From Squalus acanthias (taxonomy: Eukaryota): DNA of 64,000 bases. This document shows positions 12,886 through 25,800 of this stretch, in pieces. How positions within the stretch are numbered: position 1 is the first letter of the stretch; every line of letters begins with the position of its first letter. Where the stretch lies: contig CM059441.1 in NCBI GenBank assembly GCA_030390025.1, positions 21,142,001 to 21,206,000 of the forward strand, read 5' to 3'. Made by a program: the position numbers and the translations under genes. The notes beneath the pieces are model-generated. The model saw only the letters and a program-made list of their open reading frames with translations. It was not told the DNA's origin and did not search any database.

Positions 12886-13088
12886 CTGATGTGCCTCCCA
12901 TAGTTGAATAGCCCTTACAATATACAGCCATGGTCTTGCCTGATGTGCCTCCCATAGCTGAATAGCCCTTACAATATACAGCCATGGTCTTGCCTGATGT
13001 GCTTCCCATAGTTGAAAAGCACTTCATGTATGCAGCCGTGGTCTTGCCTGATGTGTCTCACTTCGTGTAATAGCCCTTAATGTATGCA
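12886..13088. repeat. 54-bp minisatellite (~3.7 copies) in intron 1 of the Myb-like gene
   Basis: TGATGTG recurs at 12887, 12941, 12995 and 13049. Confidence 0.9.
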
Positions 13089-14177
13089 AGGTGTGGAATA
13101 CGCGTGTGTGTTTCATGAGAGGGCCATAGGTGTTGGATGAGGGTTGGGCATTTGGGTTTTAAGACTGTCTGGCCATAGAGTGAGGTTGAAATGGAGGGAT
13201 GAAGAGGTATTGAAAAAAAGCCACTCACCCTGACGACCTGAGTGAGGTCGTTGAACTTTTTGCGACATTGAGTATGGGTCCTTGTCACCATGCTGCTGGA
13301 GGAGACGTGCTGAGCCACCTCCCTCCACACTCTTCTGTAGTCATGTTGCAAAGGCCTCCTGCCACTCTCAGGGTAGAGTATAGCTCTTCTGCGCTCCACT
13401 GCGTCAACCAGAGCCTCCAAGGCCCGCTCGCTGAAGCGCTGAGCTCGTTCTCTCACCCTCTCCATAGTCCTTGGCTGGAAAATGTAGGCACAGGTCTCTC
13501 CAGGCCGAGATTCAAGGCTCCAATGAGCAGGGTGTGGCTGAGAGCAAGATCGACCCTCCCCTTTAAGAACTGGCCGGCGCCAGTGTGTCTGTGTTCCATC
13601 GCTAACTGACATCACCTGCGCTGCGCCCGCGCTCTGAGTTAGCGACCTCGCTCCTCGGCCTTTGCGCCTTAAGACAGGTGTGCAGCGCCTGATTTAGCGC
13701 TCCAATCACCTCCAGGGGCGATAGAAGCCAAGTTTGCAGTCGGAGGCGATAATTAGCGCCAGGCGCTAAACTTTGCGCCCGGCCGATAATTGTACCCCAA
13801 ACGGGGCGATACCGAATTTCTCCCCCAATATCTTTTGATGGTGTTGGTTCAATGATAAATACAGGTGAGGGAACGAGTGGAACTACCCTGCTTTTCTTTG
13901 AATTGTGCCATGGGATCTTTTATGCCACCTGAACAGACTGACAGAATCGCAACATCGTATCTGAAAGTTCGCACTGCATTTAAGTGTCAGCGGAGAGTTT
14001 GTGCACAAGTCTTGGATGGGGATTGAACCCATGACCTTCTGAGTCAGAGGCTACTGAGGTGTCCTGAATGTCCACAATGCGAGGATTTTGTTACTTAGAA
14101 ATGTTGTTGTTCCACTGAGGGAGCTGCACCATTTAAATCCTGGCTTATTTGGGATTTGCTTATTGTCAATGATTTGA

Positions 14178-14580
14178 AAGAAAGAACTTCCATTTATATA
14201 GCGCCTTTCACATCCTCAGGACGTCCCAAAGCACTTTACAGCCAATGAAGTAATATTGAAATGTATCACTGTTGTAATGTAGGAAAAGTGGCAGCTAATT
14301 TGCGCACAAAAGCTCCCACGAACAGCAATGCAATAATGACCAGATAATCTGTTTTCGTGCTGCTGGTTGAGGGAGAACTCCCCTGCTTCTATTTGAAATA
14401 GTGCCATGGGTCTTTTATGTTCACCTGAGAGGGCAAATGGGGCCCAAAAGATGGCACCTCTGACTGTGCAGCACTGCCTCAGTACGGCCCTGGAGTTTCA
14501 ATCTAGATTACGTGCTCAAGTCTCTGGGGTGGAACATGAACCCACAGCCTTCTGACTCAGAGGTGTGAGTGCTACCCACA
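14178..14580 (-). mobile_element. tRNA-headed SINE with L2-type tail (SacSINE/DeuSINE-like)
   Basis: Tail aaagaacttccatttatatagcgcc, body gaccagataatctg, B-box-like head. Related copies at about 5260-14060, 24315-25540, 43010-43800, 52910-53365 and 57575-58530. Confidence 0.65.
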
Positions 14581-16450
14581 GACACTCGCCTGGCTCCTAA
14601 ATCTCATTGAACTGATATGAATTTATTTTTGGCAGTTCGAGAACACAAGATGCTTGTGTCTGTGGTGGTTAACGACAAGGAACGTGAAGACAGAAATGCA
14701 AGGAGTCGCTTGTGTTTGTTGAATAGTTGCTCACAGTGACCTGCCCAACACTGGGAAGCAACTGGAGAAAGATGGGTCAGTGGAACTTGGTGTGGGATAG
14801 GATGGGAGCGGCAGAGTTTTAAATGAGCTGAAGTTTGCGGAGGGTCGAGGATGGGAAGCCACCAGGAGATTAGACCAAAAATTTGAGCATTTATATTCCG
14901 GTGGACCAAACCTAAAGGGGTGGATTTATAAATTGCTGAAGAGGGATGTGAGTGCTAGATTTATTTTCCAGCAGCGTCCCTCGACCCCCTCCTTGAATCT
15001 TTCAATGGGGTGTCTCTTCATTACCACAAGTTGCTGGCTGATTTGTACATTAATGAAGGTGTGAGTTGTTCACACATCGTTATTTTTTCCGGACATTCTG
15101 AGCCGTTATATTTGCCTGCAATATTACAGGAAATAAGACATGTCAGGGTGATTCAATAGCAAGCACAGCCGGCTTGGCCGGACATCCCAAGATGTCAACA
15201 AGCATATCCGCAGGCATTGGACCACCCTCCTGGCAGCAATTGTCTACAGTTCATCAAAGAGACAGATGTAGAGCTGTGCCTTCTGCTGCAAGGACATCTG
15301 CAGCTAACATGCAGCATTAAGCTGGCACAGCCAGTGACAGTAATGGTCAGCTGTGACCTCCATTCTGGAGGTACATGATGGGTGGAATTGTCTGAGAGCC
15401 CACGCCACCATCCATTAATGTTAATAAACAGGATATTGTGGCTAGTGCACCCTGCGGCATTCGAGGTCCCGCCGGTGGTTTTGGGCATCTGCCCATTAAG
15501 CACAATTCCTGGGAAGGACTTGGGCGGGAAGTGTGGAAATCCCAGGGTCAGGCTTATCTACATATTGTAGGCAGATCCCTGGACCATTCCAGAGCAAATG
15601 GGACGTATATCCTCCTGGGGGGAGGAATTTTGCAGCAGGACCTTGCCCTGCAATTGTTTGTCACAGAGGAACGGACATTGAGAAAGCGGCTGAGTGCACG
15701 TCTACCAGGATATGGTTTTGACACAGACCATGTCGTCACTTTACAGGATCTCCGACTGCTTGGCCAGATATTCTTCATGCTGTTAATAAGCACTGCATTA
15801 ACTGCTTCATCTGTGAATCTAATTTACATACCCAGCACTCTGTGGGAAGGAGAGCAGATTGAATTTTCCTGCCAATCCCAACATTTGCATGAGTTTTTTT
15901 GACTTGTGTTCAAGCTCACCTCGCAATTCAGCATAAATACCTGGCTTGGGTCGGCATTTATCCATTCCTGCTAAGAAATAGTAAGGTATTAGGTGGGGTC
16001 AGACTAAGAGAGAATACAAGAAGGTCTAAGATATGTTTGCAGTGCATGTGTGTAAACGCACGAAGCGTGGTAAATAGGGTTAGTGAGCTGCAGGCGCAAA
16101 TATGATGCCTTGGCGATAACGGAGACCTGGCTCGAAAAAGGGCAGGATTGGGTTTTAAATATTCCTGGATATAAGGTGTTCAGGAAAGATAGGGAAGGAA
16201 AGAAAGGAGGTGGGGTGGCAGTATTGTTAAGGAGAATGTTACAGTGCTGCAGAGAGAGGATGTCCTGGAGGGGTCAAGAACAGAATCTATTTGGTTAGAG
16301 TTAAGAAATAATAGAGGTGCCATTACACTACTAGGTGTATTCTATAGGCCACCAACTAGTGGGAAAGTTATAGAGGAGCAAATTTGCAGGGAATTTACAG
16401 AGAGGTGCAAGAACTATAGAGTAGTGATAATGGGGGACTTCAATTATCTT

Positions 16451-19400
16451 AAAAAAAACAACAACAACTTGTATTTATCTAGCGCCTTCAATGTAGTAAA
16501 ATGTCCCAAGGCGCTGCACAGGATTATTTTAAGACAAAAAATTTGACACCGATCCACATAAGGATAAATTAGGGCAGGTGACTAAAAGCTTGGTCAAAGA
16601 GGTAGGTTTTAAGGAGCGTCTTAAAGGAGGAAAGAGAGGTAGCGAGGTGGAGAGCTTTAGGCTGGGAAGTCCAGAGCTTAGGGCCCAGGCAACAGAAGGC
16701 ACGGCCACCAAAGGATGAGTGATTATAATCAAGGATCCTCAAGAGGGCAGAATTAGAGGAGCGCAGATATCTCGGGGGGTTGTGGGGCTGAAGGAGATTA
16801 CAGAGATAGGAAGGGACGAGGCCATGGAGGGATTTGAAAACAAGGATGAGAATTTTGAAATCGAGGTGCTGCTTAACCAGGAGCCAATGTAGGTCAGCGA
16901 GCACAGGGGTGATGGGCGAACGGGACTTGGTGCGAGTTAGGACACAGGCAGCCGAGTTTTGGATGACCTCAAGTTTACGTAGGGTGGAATGTGGGAGGCC
17001 AGCCAGGAGTGCATTGGAATAGTCAAGTCTAGAGGTAACAAAGGCATGGATGAGGGTTTCAGCAGCGGATAAGCTGAGGCAAGGGTGGAGACAGGCGATG
17101 TTACGGAGGTGGAAGTAGGCGGTCTTTGTTATGCTGCAGATATGTGGTCGGAAGCTCATTTCAGGGTCAAATATGACACCAAGGTCGCGAACAGTGTGGT
17201 TCAGCCTCAGACCAATGTTAGGGAGAGGGATGGAGTTAATGGCTAGGGAACGGAGTTTGTGGCGGGGACCGAAAACAATGGCTTCGGTTTCACGAATATT
17301 TAATTGGAGAAAATTTTTCTCATCCAGAACTGTATGTCGGACAAGAAGTCTGACAATTTAGACACCGTGGAGGGGTCGAGAGAAGAAGTAGTGAGGTAGA
17401 GCTGGGTGTCGTCAGCATACATGTGGAAACTGACGCTGTGTTTTCGGATGATGTCGCCAAGGGTCAGCATGTAGATGAGAAATAGGAGGGGGCCAAGGAT
17501 AGATCCTTGGGGGACACCAGAGGTAACGATGTGGGAGCGGAAAGAGAAGCCGTTGCAGGTGATTCTCTGGTTACGATTAGATAGATAAGAATGGAACCAA
17601 GCGAGAGCAGTCCCACCCAGCTGGACGATGGTGGAGAGGCGTTGGAGAAGGATGGAGTGGTCAACCGTGTCAAAGGCTGCAGACAAGTCAAGAAGGACAA
17701 GGAGGGATAGTTTACCTTTGTCACAGTCACAAAGGATGTAATTTGTGACTTTGGTGAGAGCCGTTTCGGTACTGTGGCAAGGGCAGAAACCTGATTGGAG
17801 GGATTCAAACATGGAATTGCAGGAAAGATGGGCACGGATTTGGGAGGCAACAACACATTCAAGGACTTTGGAGAGGAAAGGGAGGTTGGAAATGGGGCGG
17901 TAGTTTGCAAGGACGGAGGGATCAAGGTTTGTTTTTTTGAGGAGAGGGGTGATGACGGCAGATTTGAGGGAGAGGGGAACAGTACCTGAGGAGAGAGAAC
18001 CGTTAACAATATCAGCTAACACGAGAGCCAGAAAAGGAAGTTGGGTGGTCAGCAGTTTGGTGGGAATAGGGTCGAGGGAGCAGGAAGTGGGTCTCATGGA
18101 CAAGATGAGCACGGAGAGGTCATGAGGGGAGATCGGAAAGAAACTGGAGAAAGATGTGAGTTCAGGGCTAGGGCAGGGGGTAACCTCAGAGGAAGTTTGG
18201 CCCAGTGGGCTAGGGGAAGGAAGGGAAGTGGCAGAGGCAGCTGAACGGATGGTCTCAATCTTAGAGACAAAGAAGTCCATGAGCTCTTCACATTTGTTAT
18301 CGGAGGTGAGGGTGGAGGAGACAGGGGAGAGGGGTTTAAGAAGACGGTTATCAGTAGAGAATAGGAGCCGGGGTTTATCTATGCATTCCAGAATGATTCT
18401 GGAATAGTGAGCAACTTTGGCAGATGAGAGCAGGGCCCAATAATGCTTTATGTGGTCCAGCCAGATCTGGCGGTGAATGGCTAAACCAGTTGTACTCCAT
18501 ATCCGTTCGAGTCTGCGTCCTTTGGACTTAAGGGAGCGAAGATGAGAGCCGTACCAGGGGGATCGGCCAGGGTGAGAGAGGGTAATTGTTTTAGTAGGGA
18601 CTAGGGCATCAAAGATAGTGGTGAGGGTGTGGTTGAGCAGAAATGTCATGGTGAATGGAGGGCCAGAGGCTGGACAGTTGGGATTTCATAAGTGCAGTTG
18701 TAAGAGAGTTGGGAGAGAGTTTTTTCCAGGGGCGGACACAGAAGGAAGTAGGATTAGGGGTGGGTGGGTGGAAGGGGGATGTGGGTGGAGAGTGATACGA
18801 GGAAATGGTCAGAGATGGCCTTATCTGCAATTGACACGATGGGAGTAGCGAGGCCACGAGAGATGGCAGGGTCGAGGGGGTGGCTGTGAATCTGGGTTGG
18901 GGAGTTTACATGGAGGGAGAGATTAAGGGAGGATAGGAGGCTCATGAACTCAGAGGAGAGAGAGCATGATGAATTGAGATGGAGGTTGAAATCACCGAGG
19001 ATGAGAAGTCGTTCGGTGCAGAGTCTGAGGGAGGAGAACAGTGAAGATATCTCAGTAATAACAATTTTATGGTACTTGGGTGGGCGGTAGAGAACAAGAA
19101 TTTTAAATGAGAGGAGAGAGGGGTGGGATAAGGTGAGATGCTCAAAGGAGGAGAAACTGCCAGAGGAGTAGGGGGACAGACCAAGGTGTGATTTGGTGAT
19201 GAGAGCCACACCGCCACCATGATGGTCTGAGCGGGGCAAGTGGTGGAAGGTATAGCCAGGTGGGGAGGCTTCATTTAAGGGAAAGGTGTCATCACCCCTC
19301 AACCAAGTTTCCGTCAGGGCCATGATATCGATGCAGTCATCCACGATAAGCTCATGGATGGCAAGGGCCTTGTTCACAAGTAAACGGACATTCTGGAGGT
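16451..19400 (-). mobile_element. L2-clade LINE (APE+RT), 5'-truncated, inserted in the CR1 endonuclease
   Basis: ALTETWL, ILGDFN, SDHFLV; LLDLSAAFDTVDH, GVPQGSILGP, YADDTQLY, SRLDYSN; tail ggcgctagataaatacaagttgttgttg. Confidence 0.9.
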
Positions 19401-20903
19401 TATATAGACTGGGATAGTAATAGTGTAAAGGGCAAAGAGGAAGAAGAATCTCTGAAGTGTGTTCAGGAGAACTTTCTTGATCAGTACGTTTCTGGCACAA
19501 CAAGGAAGGAGGCATTGCTGGATCTGGTTCTGGGGAATGAGGTGGGTCAAGTGGAGCAAGTATCAGTAGGGGAACATTTAGGGAACAGTGATCATAATAT
19601 GATAAGGTTTAGATTAGCTATGGAAAAGGACAGGGAGCAATCTAGAGTAAAAATACTTAATTGGAGGAAGGCAAATTTCAGTGGGTTGAGACGGATCTGG
19701 CCCGGGTTAATTGGAATCAAAGACTGGCAGGCAAAACAGTAATCGAACAATGGACTGCCTTTAAAGAGGAGATGGTTCAGGTACAGTCAAGGTACATTCC
19801 CACGAGGGGGAAAGGTAGGACAACTAAAGCCAGAGCTCCCTGGAAGACGAAAGAGATAGAGAGAAAGATGAAGCAGTAAAAGAGCGCGTATGACAGATGT
19901 CAGGTTGAGAATACAAGTGAGAATCAGGCTGAATATAAAATGTTCAGAGGGAAAGTGAAAAAGAAAATAAGAAAGGCAAAGAGAGAGTATGAGAATAGAT
20001 TGGCAGCTAACATAAAAGGGAATTTAAAAGTCTTCTATAGGCATATAAATAATAAATGGGTAGTAAGAGGAGGGGTGGGGCCTATTATGGACCAGAAAGG
20101 AGACCTACGCTTGGAGGCAGAGGGCATGGCTGAGCTACTAAATGAGTACTTTGCATCTGTCTTCACCAAGGAAAAAGATGCTGCCAAAGTCATAGTGAAA
20201 GAGGAGGTAGTGGAGATACTGGATGAGATAAAAATTGATAAAGAGGAGGTACTAGAAAGGCTGTCTGTACTTAAAGTTGATAAGTCACCAGGACCGGATG
20301 GGATGCATCCTAGGATGCTGAGGGAGGTTAAGGAGGAAATCGCGGAGGTACTCGCCATAATCTTCCAATCCTCCTTAGATACGGGGGTGGTGCCAGAGGA
20401 CTGGAGAATTGCAAATGTTACACCCTTGTTCAAAAAAGGGTGTAAGATATAAACCCAACAACAACAGGCCAGTCAATTTAACCTCAGTAGTGGGGAAGCT
20501 TTTAGAAATGATAATCAGGGACAAAGTTAACAGTCACTTGGACAAGTGTGGATTAATTAAGGAAAGCCAGCACAGATCTGTTAAAGGCAAATCGTGTTTA
20601 ACTAACTTGATCGAGTTTTTTGATGAGGTAACAGAGAGGGTGATGAGGGGAATGTGATTGATGTGGTGTGCATGGACTTCCAAAATGTGTTTGATAAAGT
20701 GCCACATAATAGGCTTGCCAGCAAAGTTGAAGCCCATGGAATAAAAGGGTCAGTGGCAGCATGGATACGAAATTGGCTAAGTGACAGGAAACAGAGAGTA
20801 GAGGTGAACAGGTTGTTTTTCGGACTGGAGGAAGGTATACAGTGGTGATCCCCAGGGGTCGGTACGAGGACCACTGCTTTTCTTGATATATATTAATGAC
20901 TTG

Positions 20904-21604
20904 GGGGGAAAAATTGAATCGCGCCCCCTTTGGGGCACTAACTTCGCCGGGGCTACTTTTAGTGCCCCCGCGGCCGAAATTCATCGGTAGCGCCCCAAGA
21001 CGATAGCGGGGAGCTACTGGAAGTGCCCCTCCTCCCTCTTGGGGCGCTGCGAGGGAATAAGGCCACGGTACTGCAGGCCTTCCTCCCCTACTTATAGGGG
21101 AGGGGCCTTGCGCAGCGCGACCCGGGGCCCAGCTGGGCCACCAGGGATCGCAGTGCCAGCAAAAGAGCTCGGCACTCAAGAGAAGTGCTGGGCTCACGGA
21201 GCACAGCCGGCACTCCGCGGGGGGGCTGCTCAGGAGGCCGGGGACGGCAACGGGGGCAGGAGCTGGCAGGCGGCCAGCAACAAAAATGGCCTCCCGGCAC
21301 CTCGCCTTTAATTAGCACCGCCCTGGCCGCAGGTAGGCCCCCCTGACCCCGTCGGACATAGCGTCCGCCGATAAGTCAGGGGTCGCTACCGATAATTGCA
21401 GCTGGGGCGCGAGTGGGGCGCGAGATGGGTGCTGCGCATGGCGATGACGTTATCACCGGCGACGCAGCGCCACAGGTCGCTAACGGTTACCACTGCCGCT
21501 AACCTCCTGCTGAATTTCGCGGGAGGCGTTGGCGGCGCCTCGCACTGGGCGCGAGTTGCTTTAGGGCGCTAACAGGAGTCGCAAAGCAACCGAATTTTTA
21601 GGCC
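20904..21604. mobile_element. Non-autonomous Harbinger-type element (MITE)
   Basis: Starts GGGGGAAAAATT and ends CGAATTTTTAGGCC; TSD TTG; removal restores the CR1 RT sequence. Confidence 0.8.
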
Positions 21605-22680
21605 TTGCACTTGGGTGTACAGGGCACAATTTCAAAATTTGCAGATGACACAAAACTTGGAATTATCGTGAACAGTGAGGTGGATAGTGATAAACTTCAA
21701 GAAGACAGGCTGCTAAAATTCACGGACACGTGGCAAATGAAATTTAACGCAGAAAAGTGTGAAGTGATACATTTTGGAAGGAAGAACGAGGAGAGGCAAT
21801 ATAAACTGAAGGGTACAATCCTAAAGTGGGTGCATGAACAGAGAGACCTGGGGGTATATGTGCACAAATCGTTGAAGGTGGCAGGGCAGGTTGAGAAGCG
21901 GTTAAAAAAGCATACGACATCCTGGGCTTCATAAATAGAGGCATAGAGTACAAAAGCAAGGAAGTTATGATGAACCTTTAAAAAACACTAGTTCGGCCAC
22001 AACTGGAGTATTGTGTCCAGTTCTGGGCACCGCACTTTAGGAAGGATGTGAAGGCCTTAGAGAGGGTGCAGAAAAGATTTATGAGAATGATTTCAGGGAT
22101 GAGGGACTCTAGTTATGTGGTTAGACTAGAGAAGCTGGGGTTGTTCTCCTTGGAGCAGAGAAGGTTGAGAGGAGATTTGAGAGAGGTGCTCAAAATTATG
22201 AGGGGCCTAGACAGAGTAGATCGAGAAACTGTTCCCATTGTCGAAGGGTCGAGAACCAGAGGACACAGATTCAAGGTGATTGGCAAAAGAACCAAAGGCG
22301 ACATGAGGGAAAAAAAAATTTACGCACCAGTGGTTAGGTTCGGGAAGGCACTGCCTGAAAGGGTGGTGGAGGCAGACTCAATCGTGGCTTTCAAAAGGGA
22401 ATTGGATAAGTACCTGAAGGAAAAAAATTTGCACGGCTACGGGGAAAGGGCGGGGGAGTGGGACGAGCTGAAGTGTTCTTGCAGAGAGCCGGCACGGGCT
22501 CGACGGGGCAAATGGCCTCCTTCTGAGCTGTAACCATTCTATGATTCTGTGATTCTATGATTTTAACTGTCATGTTTTCACCATTTTCTAACCTTGGACA
22601 AAAAATAGTTTGGTTTAGTTTGTTAAATATAACTGACAGTATTTCAAATTCTTAAGGGTCAGATTTCATCAGCTGGCTTT

Positions 22681-22723
22681 TGTGGTTTCATGACCTGGCT
22701 TCCTGCTTTCTTCTTCCTCATTT
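22681..22723 (+). promoter_or_regulatory. Candidate haematopoietic promoter motifs (RUNX plus ETS/PU.1) 100-140 bp upstream of the receptor ATG
   Basis: TGTGGTT at 22681, CTTCCTG at 22699, TTCTTCCTCATTT (AAATGAGGAAGAA on the minus strand) at 22711. Motif match only. Confidence 0.4.
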
Positions 22724-22823
22724 AAATTCTGCGTATGATTTATATCAGATATTTATTCCCATATGAGAACTAAGAGCTGGGTGACTGACGACAAGTGCGG
22801 ATCTGTTCTTCGCGAAAAAAACG

Positions 22824-22860
22824 ATGTGGATTCTGATTCTTCTCATTTGTTCCCTGCCCG
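22824..22860 (+). CDS. Receptor exon 1, signal peptide
   Basis: ATG...[12 protein letters not shown], then G|GTGAGT (phase 1). Confidence 0.85.
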
Positions 22861-25800
22861 GTGAGTGACAGCCAGAGCGCGATATTCAGATAATCAGTAT
22901 TAGTTTGAATCTAGTGTAAGGTTTACAGAGCAGAGAGGTTTAAATACTTGTAGACATGTAAAGGCACAAAATACCCAGCAAAAATATGCATGAATAATAT
23001 TTGTGTGAAGTCTTGTCATCTCTTTTTGACTGTACTATTGTACCACACAAATATTTACCAATATATACGAAACTGCATTATTCATTGTGAATGGAAAATA
23101 AAGGGCTCATTTAATGTTTTTAAAAGCTACACGAGTAACATAATCAAGAAGCAAAGGTAACCGGTTTTAAACTGTAAAAAGTGATTTTTTTATGCAGTCT
23201 GATGTCCAATATACACTGAAGACTGCAGCAGTAATAATCCCTCACACAGAACATGTCTCAAGTTTGCAATTGTTTCTGTTATTTAAAGTACAGCTGATGA
23301 AATATTGTTTCATGAGGCTCTGTCAGTGACACTGTTCCTCACTGGTAGAGGGTTGGTCTATATTACTCTTCCAGTAAGTAACCACTTTCTTCTCACTCTT
23401 TAACTCTAACCAAGTAGATTTAGTTTTTTCACTCCCGCCCCATATTAACCCTACGATATTATGCTGTAATGGAATTTTTGATTAATACAACTCTCCTCCA
23501 TTTATGACAAATCTTTGTTACCAGCAATGTTGAACTCCCAGTCCCACCCTACTCTAAGACACGACCGTTAATTCTATTACATCAAACCTCCCCATAAAAG
23601 TTTGTGCCTCTAGCTTACCAATTTTACGCAGAATACTTTATGTACTTATGTACATGCAACTGACGTGTGCCTCTGTCTGTTTGGCAATCTTCCTCTTTTC
23701 AATCCTTCCTCTTTCTGATCTGATGTCTTTACCTCCCCGTTTCCCTCTTTTATCTTTCCTATATCCTCTTCCCTTTCTGCTCTTCTCTCTGCCTCTTCAC
23801 CTTGTTTTTAACCTCACACCTGCTATTTTAGTGTAAACTCTTTCCCCACAGCACGAGTTCCTCTCCCAGCAAGGCCATTGGTCTAATAACTGTTCAAGTA
23901 AAGTCCTCCCGTCCTCTACAGGCCGCTCCTCTTCCAGAACTGGCCCCAATGTGCCAGGAATTGAAACCCTTTTCCTCTGAACCATCTCTCCAGACAAATA
24001 ATCACTTTCCTTACCTTACTATTCTTATACTGACTACCATGTGGCACTGGGAGTAATCCTGTGGTTACTACCCTCGATGTCCTGCTCATTGATCTATCTC
24101 CAAGTTCCTGAATCTTCCCTTGCCGATCCTCAATCCTCTTCCTTTCTATGTCCTTGGTTGCATGAACCATGTTCACCTTCCCTCTCCAAATCCTGCTGCA
24201 GTTCAGGTTGCAGCAACGAAGTTGAGAGGATGGGCATTCCTTTGGCTGTTCCCATGGTGCTGGATGAATGGGAGACGATTATCAAATTCAAGTTGTTGTT
24301 GCTGTCAGAAACTAAGACTTGTGTTTAAGTAGCGCCTTTCACGACCTCAGGACGTCCCAAAACGCTTTACAGCCAATTACTTATTTGAAGTGTTGCCAAT
24401 GTTGTAATGTAGGAAACGCGGCAGCCATATTGCGCATAGCAAGGTCCCACGAACAGCAAGGTGATAATGACCAGATAATGGCCCAAAATTTGCGATCGGA
24501 GGCTTCCCGCGGGCGGATGCTTCCGACCTGTAAAAAATCTACGCATTTACCTGGCGGCCCGGGAGGTATGGAGGCTTGTAATCCTGGGCCTCTCCGGGTC
24601 CGCGAGGGCAGAGGCCCACCTATCCCAGGGGAGCAGGCGGTTCACAAGCACGCCTGGGATCACGTTGTCCGGCCCAACCAATAAAAGAAGGGAATCCCCA
24701 TTCATACTTATGGGAGTTCCGTACTTACGGAAACCCCATAAATATGAATGGGGATCACTTAAAAAATACACGAACACATGAAATAAATAAAAAGAAAAAT
24801 TACAAATTGAAAATTAATTAAAATGACATTTAATTCAATATTTTAAAGGAAAATGTAATTTTTTGAAATTTTTTAAATATGTTTCAACGGGGCTACAAAT
24901 AAACTTACCTTATTGGACAGGGTTTTTAATGTATAAATGAGTGATAACATTTTATTTTTCTATTTTTTAAAACTTTTATGCTGGTAAAAGTGGGCCTTGT
25001 GCCTGCTTTTAACAGGCGTATGAATTTCACAGGCATTCAGCGGGCGGAGGTTGGGCAAATAACGTAACTCTCCACTGGCGGAGGCCCATCTCCCGGGGAT
25101 GCGGAGGATCTGTCAAGAAGATTCTTGACAGATCGCAAGTTCCGGGTTTTAGCGCATGCGCTTCGCATGCCTAAACCCACAACTTGTGCGCCCCCTACGG
25201 GCGCACCTCGTACACACCCGTAGGGGTCGCAAAATACGGCCAATCTGTTTCGTTGTGATTGTTGGTTGAAAGATAAATGTTGGCCAGGACACCGGGGAAG
25301 AATTCCCCAGCTCTTTTTTGAAATAATTCCCTGGGAACCTTTACATCCACCTGAGAGGGCAGACACGGTCTGGGTTTAATGTCTCATCTGAAAGACGGCA
25401 CCTCCAACAGTGCAGCACTCCCTCAATACTGTACTGGAATGTCAGTCTAGATTTTCTGCTCAGAGTCTCTGGAGTGGGGCTTGAACCCACAATCTACTGA
25501 TTCAGAGCCGAGAGTGCAAACACTGAGCCACAGCTGACACAATAACAATAGTGACTATACTTCAAAAGTAAATCATTGGCTGTGAAGTGCTTTGGCACAT
25601 CCTGAGGATGTGATAAGGCACTATATTAATGTTTCCTTTCATCACAAACTAGAAGGAATTCAACTGTATTAATAGATGGAGTGGAGAGATTCCTCTGTGC
25701 AGAGTGGTAACTCTTATTAAAATGTATCTGTTTGTATTAAGCAGTTATTTCCTGTTCAATTTCTGAAATGTTGTCTCTTCAGTTTCAGGTGCATTGTGGG

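Larger units (their letters stand above)
7328..13465 (-). pseudogene. Harbinger Myb/SANT-like DNA-binding partner gene, 3 exons (13465-13229, 12864-12702, 12542-7328); exon 3 split by CR1 and frameshifted
   Basis: Exon 1 MERVRERAQRFSERALEALV...WREVA...RTHTQCRKKFNDL with GTGAGT donor. Exon 2 AKLSQNRRQQQRTGGG. Coiled-coil and basic C-terminus (PLRRSSRVGRG). Splice phases 0 and 1 are consistent. Confidence 0.85.
5334..13826 (+). mobile_element. Complete two-gene PIF/Harbinger DNA transposon (family A), expanded by nested CR1/LTR insertions
   Basis: TIRs GGGGGAAAAATTCGGT and ACCGAATTTCTCCCCC; 3-bp TSD AAT (5331-5333, 13827-13829); convergent transposase and Myb-like genes. Confidence 0.93.
15960..22560 (+). 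mobile_element. CR1 LINE ORF2 region (APE+RT), degenerate, interrupted by an L2 and a Harbinger MITE
   Basis: AITETWL, YRPP, MGDFN, LDLVL, SDHN endonuclease motifs; RT motifs; (ATTCTRTG)n tail at 22536-22562. Confidence 0.88.

Noticed and set aside
12886-13088. CRISPR-like array
   Set aside because: Head-to-tail units with no unique spacers, in a eukaryotic context.
14915-15875. Possible additional degenerate TIR element (also 56379-57110)
   Set aside because: Could not identify matching TIRs or a TSD with confidence.
18754-19515. 253-aa ORF as a novel fusion protein
   Set aside because: Chance read-through from antisense CR1 into the truncated L2 endonuclease at the junction near 19400.
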